From an uncultured bacterium (GTDB lineage Bacteria > Oederibacteriota > PGYV01 > CAWJRG01): a DNA stretch of 64,000 bases. Both the position numbers and the translations under genes were made by a program. Position 1 is the stretch's first letter, and each line of letters begins with the position of its first letter. Positions 53,362-62,400 of the stretch are shown one piece after another. Location: positions 448,001 through 512,000 of the forward strand of contig CAWJRG010000010.1 of the NCBI GenBank assembly GCA_963845185.1. Reading direction: 5' to 3'. The notes under the pieces were generated by a model. That model was not told the DNA's origin, made no database searches, and saw only the letters and a list, made by a program, of their open reading frames with translations.

Positions 53362-53498
53362 CCAGTGCCGTCTCTTTTTTTATATCAACTATTTATTTAA
53401 AGATAAAGAACCGTCGTAGTAATATCTTGTTGTTATGTCTTCCCACACTGTTATGCGTCTCCTTATGTAATTCAGCAAGATATGATATTTTATTGCAA

Positions 53499-56400
53499 CT
53501 ATTTAAATATTATTATGCACTTTATTTTTGAACGGGCTTTTCTGCCGTTCACGCCTGATGCTTCTATATAATAATAGCACGAACTGCTCGCGAAGCTGTT
53601 AAACTGGCTTACGTCTTCAGGTTTTATTTTTAATCCTGCAGTATCATAACCGCTCAGCTGTATCCTCTTTACAAGCCTGTAAGATTGGGTATATATCATC
53701 ATGTATGCGTCGTTTACATCCTGTGTTAAATAATATGACACCATAAAATTCCCGCCTCTTTGCACTAAAATCGGGTTCGGATAAACCTTCTGGTCATTTA
53801 CCTCAAAAGAAGATTGCGTGGCTGCAGTTGTCGGCGTAACTGTCACAACAATGCTTTGTGTTGCCGAAGGTACTGTGCCAGTTGCCGTCTGTGTCTCAGA
53901 AGGGGTCAAAGTCAGTGTCATAGTCGCTGTATAAGAATATGTTCCGGTCATGGTCTGTGAAATTGTAGCAGTATAAGAATATGTTTCCGTAATAGTCGCA
54001 GTTCCGGTAAATGAACTTGTCGGGGTGGAACTGTATGTCTGCGTATATGTCGGCGTGATTGTAAAGGTTCCCGTCGGCGTCATGGAAGACGTGCGTGTCA
54101 TAATAAACGTCTTTGTCATTGTCTCGGTCATTGTCACCGTATAAGTATCTGTCGGCGTCGAAGTATTTGTTCCTGTTGCCGTGCTTGTGTCAGTCGCTGT
54201 GGGAGTGCCTGTAAGTGTTATTGTCCATGTCGGCGTCTCTGTATAGGTTGGCGTCTCGGACACGATTGGGCTTTCCGTGCTTGTCGGCGATATTGTGAAT
54301 GTGTCAGTCGGGCTGCAGACCTCTGTTTCCGTCGGCGTCGGCGTCTCTGTATAGGTAGGCGTCTCGGACACGATCGGGCTTTCCGTGCTTGTCGGCGATA
54401 TTGTGAATGTATAAGTCGGGCTGCAGACTTCTGTTTCTGTAACAGTCAAAGTATAGGTAGGCGTCTCGGACACAATTGGGCTTTCCGTGCTTGTCGGCGA
54501 TATTGTGAATGTACCAGTCGGGCTGCAGACCTCTGTTTCTGTTGACGTCGGCGTCTCCGTATAGGTCGGCGTCTCGGACACAACCGGGCTTTCTGTTTCC
54601 GTCTGGGTCTCTGTCGCCGTATATGTTGGGCTGTCAAACTCGGTTTCAGTTGCAGTCGGCGTATATGTATAGGTTGGCGTTTCTGATAAAACCGGGCTCT
54701 CTGTTTCCGTCTGGGTCGCCGTCGGCGTATATGTGGGGCTGCAAACCCCGGTTTCGGTTACCGTCAAGGTTTCTGTCGCTGTATATGTTTCTGTGGGAGG
54801 CGGAGTACTCGTCACTGTTCCTGTGTTTGTGGCTGTTGCCGTCGGCACTATTACAGATATGTCGTCCACATACCATCCGCGGAAATCATTTGCGTAACCG
54901 TCCACCGAATCAAATTCAAACCTGAACATGACATCCTGCCCGGCATAGGCGCTTAGCGGTATGGCAACCTGGTACCATACGTCTTCTGTGCCGTAAAGGT
55001 TGTCTATTTTTACCCAGCTTGCGCCCATGTCCGTGGAAATATAAATGTTCCTTAAGTCATAATCCGGCGAATCCTCGGTTTCTTCCCAGCTTAAGAAAGT
55101 CAGGTATGACCCGGCCTGTATATTGTAATAAGCCTGGGTTATCATGCTGCCGTATGTCCTGTCCCCTGTGTCGTAAGTAAGGGTTGAATCAATGCCGTAG
55201 TACCATACCAGCGGGCTCGTGGACGGGTCTCCCCCGGGCGCCTCGCTGTCCGGCACCTGGTGCCACAGCCCTAAAATTATCACGGTTGACGTGCATGTCG
55301 GGGTGTACGTGGGCGTGCTGGACATCGTGCTTGTAATGCTTGGCGTAAATGTCGGCGTCCATGTAAGTGTGCTGGACATTGTGCCTGTAACGCTCGGCGT
55401 TATTGAAGAAGTCAATGTGCGCGTATTTGTGGCCGAAACATATACCGTACTGGTGCTGGTGCCGGTAAATGTGCCTGTCGGCGTAATGGTCGGCGTCGGG
55501 CCTGCCAGTGTAATGTCGTCCAGGTACCATCCGCGGTAATCGTTTGCATAGGCGTCCACCGTGTCAAACGTAAATTTAAACCTGACGTTCTGGCCAACGT
55601 ATGCGGACAGGTCTATGGTCACCTGGTGCCAGACATTTTCAATGCCGAAAAGGTTGTATATCTGCGCCCAGGTTGTGCCACCGTCAGTTGAAATATAAAC
55701 ATTCCTCGTGTCATAATACGGCGAATTTTCAGTCTGTTCCCAGCTTAAAAAAGTCAGGCTTGAGCCCGGTGCGATGTTGTAATAAACCGGCCCTATAAGG
55801 TCGCCCGTGTTTCTCGCTCCTGTGTCATAGGTCAGGGTTGAATCCAGGCCGTAATACCACGAATCCGGGCTTGGAGATGTCCTGCCCGGCGGTGTCTGGC
55901 TGTCCGGCACCTGGTGCCACAGTCCTGTTGCTGTATAGCTTCCGCCTATGGGAGTTATTGTAAATGTCGGCGATATTGTGCTCGTACGGGTGATTGTCAT
56001 TGTCGGCGTATTTGAATATGTAACCGTCATGGTGTACTGGGAATATGATACCTTGTCTATCCAGCCGCAGTCGCTGCCAGCATCACCGGAAGCGTCCTTG
56101 GTATACATCCACCTTATAACATGGTCGCCCGCCCCAAGCGTATATGTCTGTAAAGTCCACCCGGCTTCGCCTGAAATAGAGCTGGTCAGCACGCCGTCTA
56201 TGAAAAGCTCCAGGTAATCGCTGTTCAGTTGCGAGGAAACCTTCCAGTAAAAGCTCAGGTTTCCCGGCCCTGCATAGTCTGTCTCCACATAGCTGTACTG
56301 GCTTGCCGTAACATGGCCGCTCTGCCCGGCTGAGCCGCCGTAGTAATAAGTGGACGCCTCTCCAAACCACGCGGCTGCGCCGTAGCTTGAAAAAACCGTG

Positions 56401-59400
56401 CCCGGGCAGTCCACTGCCGTCGCGAAATCAATTGTTGCCGTTGCCGTTGGCGTGATGGTCTGCGTGCCGGTTGATGTCAGTGCCGGCGTATTTGTCGGCG
56501 TCATGTAAGTAAATACAACCTCGTCTACCCATCCTGCATCTGAGCCGGCCGGGCTTGAGCTGTCCTTGGAATATTCCCATGTCAGCGTGTGGACACCGTC
56601 CGGTACTAAATATGAGAACTGCTGCCAGTCAACATTCCCGCTTATCTCCTGTATCTTGGTGTTGTCTATGTAAAAATCCAGGAGGCCGGAAGCCGGCTGG
56701 CTCGATACTTTCCAGTAAAAGCTTATCATGCCCGGCCCGGTTGTCGTGGTCTGCAGATACGTCTGCATGTTGCTGCCTATCGCGCCGCTCTGCGCAGCGC
56801 CTCCGTTGTAATAATAAACCGAGCCCTCGCCTGCCCACTGGGAATTGCCCATTGTGGTAAAGGTGAGCGAGTAATTGTCAAGCGCCTGGTTTAAGGACAT
56901 GGTTGGCGTTAATGTAACTGTCGGCGTTGCTATGATTGTCTGGGTTGCGGTCTTTGTGATTGTAAAAGTCGGCGTCGCGCTCACAGCCGGGGTGATGGTG
57001 GATGTCGGCGTCGACAGTATGACCACTGAAAGCGAAAGCGTGTATTCCGGTATGGTCTGCGGCATCCCGTAATATTTATATACTGATACTACCTCGGCGT
57101 AATATGTGCCCGGTTGCAGCGTAGTCGATATCAGTGACCATACTCCCATGCCGCCGCTGTCGTCGTCATATAACAAGTATGTGCCCGTTGCAGCTCCCGC
57201 TGCCGTGTAAAGGTATAGTCCCGTGTCGCCTGACTGGCCCGGCCCGATTGATGAAATAACAATATCAGACGGGTATGTTAAAGTAAACTTTACCCAGTCC
57301 ACGTCTCCCACAGGGTATATTGAGTGTATCTGCGGCACGCCGTTGTAAATATAATTCGCGTGCAGATAATCCCCGTCGTATTCGTAGCTGTCAAGCTCTC
57401 CCTGCGGCGTGCTTGTCGGCGTGACTGTGTAAGTGACTGTTATTGTGGCTGTAAACTGTGAAACATTCAGCGTTATCGTGTACTGCGGTATGACTGCGTT
57501 CTGCCCTGTCTCCTGCACTTCCGCGTAATATGTCCCCGGGCCAAGCATGCGCGTGATGCCGGCAAATCCGGACTGCTCGATGTCGCTGGCTATCGGCGTG
57601 ACCGGCACTCCTGACGAGCTATAAAGCCACATGGATGTCGCGCCTGAAGCTCCTGATGTCGTGATGTTGACCGTGCCCTGCGAGCCTATGGTAAATTTTA
57701 CCCAGTCAGTGTCTGCAGGATTGTCAATGCTGTGCGTCTGCGGCGTGCCTGTGTATATCCAAGACGCGCTGGTGTATACATTGTCGGGCTCGTATATGTC
57801 CGGAGGGACCGGTGTCTGCGTGGATGTCGGCGTAACCGCCAAAACATTGAGGTCCAGATTATAGCTGTCAATCGTCTGGTTCTTGCCTTTTTCGTTTACT
57901 TCCGCGTAGTAAATCCCGGGCGGCAGGGTCATTGTTATGGATGAGCAGAACCCGCCTCCGCTGTTGTCGTCGTACGCAAGGTATGTCGTTGGCACTCCAA
58001 CGTCGTTATACAAATACATTTCAGTATCGCCCAAAGTATTGGATGTCCATATGTGTATCATCGACTCCTGCGTGAGGGTGAATTTCACCCAGTCAACGTC
58101 GGTTGGCACGTGTATGCTGTGCGTCTGAGTGACGCCCGGCACTATAACCTTCGCGTTCTCGAAAGTGTCGTCGTTTTCATACATGTCGCCCACTACAGGC
58201 GTTTGCGTGCATGTCGGCGTTATCGGGTTGATATTCACGGCAAGGTAGTACGACGGGATGATTGCGTTCTGACCGTTTTGCATTACCTCCACGTAGTAAG
58301 TGCCCGGCCCTAAAGTCTCAGTCAGGCCGGAGAAAAATCCCAGGCCGTCGTCGTTGTTCATTGCCAGGTATGTATTCGGCACCCCGGTTGCGTTGTAAAG
58401 GTAAATAACCGTGTCGCCTGAAACTCCCGAAGTGTTGATTGTCACAACCGAGTTTACCGCGACGGTGAATTTCACCCAGTCAACGTCCGTGGGCGTGTTT
58501 ATGGAGTGTTCCTGCTGGACTCCGCTTAGTATTGTTTTTGCCTGTAAATATGTATTGTCCGGTTCGTACATGTCCGGCAGCACCGCGGTTGATGTGGGCG
58601 TCGGTGTAATGGGCGTCATGTTCAGGCTTAAATTATAATACGGTATGATTTCGCTCTGGCTGTATTGCTGTATGCGTATGTAATATGTGCCCTGCGTTAA
58701 GTTCCCTGTTATTTCCGAGAAATAGTCGTACCCGAGGCCCTTTCCGTCTATGTCGTCGTTGTACAGTAAGTATGTGTTCGGCACGCCCGCGGATGTGTAC
58801 AGCCACATTACTGTGTCGCCTGTGTCTTCGTCGCTCACGCCGCTTGTTTTAATATCGACGTATGACGGCGTTGTTACGTCAAATTTTATCCAGTCAACAT
58901 CTGTCATCGGGAATATGCTGCGTATCTGCGTCTCCCCGTTTTGTATGTATTTGGCCTGCGTGTATGTATTGTCCGGCTCATACGCGTCGGGCCCGGCTAT
59001 TGTCATTGTAACAAAATAATCAGGTATTATTGTTTCATTATCATAGCTCTGGATTTTTACATAATAAGTGCCTGCAGGCAGTACCTCTTCTATCTTTGAG
59101 CACGCGCCGATACCACCGTCGTCGTCATAGGCAAGATATGTGCCTGCGGCAACGCCTGACGAATCATAAAGCCACATTTCAGTATCTATAGCGTCGCCCC
59201 ATGTCTCCACTATGACATCCGATGAAGCTGACAGCGTGAAACTCAGCCAGTCAACGTCGGTCGCAGGCACTATATTGTGCTCCTGACGCTGCCACGGGTA
59301 AATCGGTTTCGCGTGCTCGTAGTCGCCGTCGTATTCATACGCGTCCAGCGGTATCTGGGTAAGCGTAATTGTGGGTGTTGGCGTTGCTGTTGTAGTGACT

Positions 59401-62400
59401 GTAGGAGTATTGGTAAATGTAAACGTCAGGTATATTGTGCTGGTCAATGTGGGGCTCGCTGTCAAAGTGGCCGTGCTGGTCTCGGTTTCTGAATAAGTGG
59501 CTGTCTGCGTCATTGACGGGCTGGCTGTTAAGGTTTCTGTCTGGGTAGTGGTTGGCGTCGCCGTGGCTGTAAAAGGCTCTGTTTCCGTGAATGTCATTGT
59601 CGGAGTAAATGTCTGTGTTATTGTCTGCGTTATGGTCTGCGTGACTGTGGGCGAGTCTGTTGGTGTAGCGGTAAAAGTCTGCGTAGCTGTCGCCGTGGGT
59701 GTTTCTGTAAAAGTCTGCGTTTGAGTATATGTGGGCGAGTCTGTAGGCGTAAAAGTCGCAGTGCCCGTGAATGTCTGCGTGCCTGTTGCCGTTGATGTCC
59801 CGGTAGCTGAAGGAGTTTCGGTCCCGGTCCATGTGCCTGTTGCGGTAAGCGTCGGCGTAAAAGTCGCGGTCCCTGTCGCTGTCTGCGTGGCTGTTGGAGT
59901 ATATGTGTAAGTGGATGTTGCCGTCTTTGTCGGCGTGACGGTCAGGGTCGGCGTAGGCGGCTCAATGACAAGTATATTAGGGCTTGTCCCTGTGACGGAC
60001 ATGTCGGTTGTCTGCTTTACTGTTATTGTAAATATGCCGTCTGTATTCAGCGTTGCGGTAAATGCAACCACCCCGGCATCCGCCAATGCAAATTTATAAT
60101 CCGCCGGCAGCGAAGCTGCTGCGTCCGTTGAGAAAAAAGTTACCGTATTGTTATAGGTATCTACTGTCGCTCCGTACGCGTCCTTTGCCCTGACGTTTAT
60201 TGTAAACGGCTGTCCCTTATATACCGATGCCGGCGCGGACACCGCGAACGATACAACAGGCACTGTTGTTATTATTCCCGATGTTTCAGTGTCGTCCGGG
60301 TTTGTCATTTTCACGGTCACTACATGCTGTACCCCTGAAAGTATGGACAGCTGCAGGAGCGCGGTCGCTTTGCCTGATGAGTCAGTGGAGGTTTCAAGCG
60401 GGCTTATTGAGCCGTTGTTCGTCGAGAAATCAATGAGCACTCCCTGCATGCCTATGGTATTGCCGTTCTGGTCCACTACCTGGGCTGTTATTGTGACAAA
60501 AGAGCCTGCGGCTGCAGTAGTGTTTGATGACGGCGACACCATGATAAAATATCCGGTCACCACCGTGAGCGTGTCTGTGCCGTCTGTGATATGCCCGTCG
60601 TGCGCTGTAAGGGTGTAGGTGCCTGTATAATGGCTTTTTACGTAAACCGTGGCAGCGCCGCTGGAATCAAGAGCGGCTATTACTGTTGTGCCCCAGTTAA
60701 TTTTATCAAGTGAAAAAAGCACATTGGCCGAATTTGCCGTGAGTGTCACGTAATCAGGCGAGACAGTCGCCGGAGAATCGTAACCGTTCGCGTCTTTCGC
60801 GTTTATATAAAGCGTGCCAATTTTGTCTGCGCCCTGCGACATTGGAGCCGGCAAAAACGCAAGGTGTGTCGCTGCCGCGGATGCGGATATTGTTATTGTC
60901 GTGCCAAGCAGGCCGGGCGAATCTATCACGCAGTAATCCATGCTTCCTGTCGCGTCCGTGCTTACTTTGAAAAAGATTGTAATCTGGCCGCTCGCGTTTG
61001 TCGTGTTTGACAGCGACGCTATTGCCGCGTTTTGCGTTTTCCCTGTCTGTACCATGGCTGTGCCTGTTACCCACTGCCCGACTATCGGGTTGCCGTATAA
61101 ATCCGTGACCTGCGCTGTTATTGTGACCCACTGCCCCGCGGGTACCGAGTATTTGTTTGATGTCGCGCTTAAAATAGCCGCCTGGCCGGCAACAATTGTC
61201 GCGTATGCCTTTCCGTCAGTAAGCGCGCCGGCGCTGTCGTGCGCAGTAATTGTTTTACTGTTTCCGACAATGGTATCCATATAATACAGGTTCGCACTGC
61301 CGTTATTTAACGTTACGTTCAGCGACTGGCTCCATGTGGTCTGGTCAACGGAAAATTTCATTGTTGACGAAACTGACGAAACCTGCACGACGCTGTTTGA
61401 GAACGCGTTGTTGCCTGACGAGTCTTTTGCCTGTAATGCTATCGCGTACGGATTGCCAGCTGCGGAAGTGCTTGTGACAGGATGTATAACAAGGTATGAA
61501 GCCTGTGAGTTATTTACATAAATCACCGAAGAGCCGGATAAAACCCCTGATGCTGACGCGGTTACCGTGACAGTTTCCGGCGCTGAATCCCTGACAAGAA
61601 GGCTTTTAATTGCAGTCCCCTGAAACACGGCCGACGGCGACCATGTCGACCCGTTGTCAGTTGAAAACTGGAATGTGCCTGAACCCGAGTTTACTGTAAT
61701 ATTCCTTGTGTCTGAAACAAAATTTCCAAACTGATCGGTGATGTCGGCGTAAAGCGTGCTTGTCATTCCCGTCTGCATGGACAGCGTGCCGGGGCTTAAG
61801 CTGACTTTTGACGCGGGCCCTGCAATAAAATTCACCGTGATTATCTTTGATATGTGCGCGCCGCGAACGGTAATGTTTGCCTGTCCTGCTTTTGTGGACG
61901 ACACGCGGGCAAACGCGTTCCCGCTCCAGTCGGTTATTGCCTTTGTATTAAGGCTCACCGCTACCGGCGCTATGATGTCCTCAGGCCTGCTGGACGTAAA
62001 ATCAAAAATTGCGTATCCTATCGCGGTATTGTCGGGCGCGTACATGTGCGCGGTTATCGTGCACGAGCTTGCCCCGTCCGCGGTTATATTCCCTGCCGGC
62101 GACTGCGCCAGGCTGTAATCCTTTACGACCCAGATATAATTGTTAATCGGAGCCGGCGTGCTTATGCCTCCGTTTCCCTGGTTGGCGGCTAAATTGCCGT
62201 CAACCATTACGGTGTTGTTAAACGGTATGGTGTTGAAGTTTGAAAAGAAATTTTTCACAACGTTGCCGCTCGAATCCTTGAACTGTATGTTGTCAAAGAC
62301 CGCGTTGAATGTGCCTGCTTTGTTTGACGGCGCGCCGTTGTAACCGATGTTGCCCGTGTCCTGTGAAAGCTCGGCCTGGTTATAAGTGGCTCCTCCGAGG

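Noticed and set aside
54228..54770. CRISPR-like periodic repeats
   Set aside because: In-frame coding tandem repeats without unique spacers; no cas genes.
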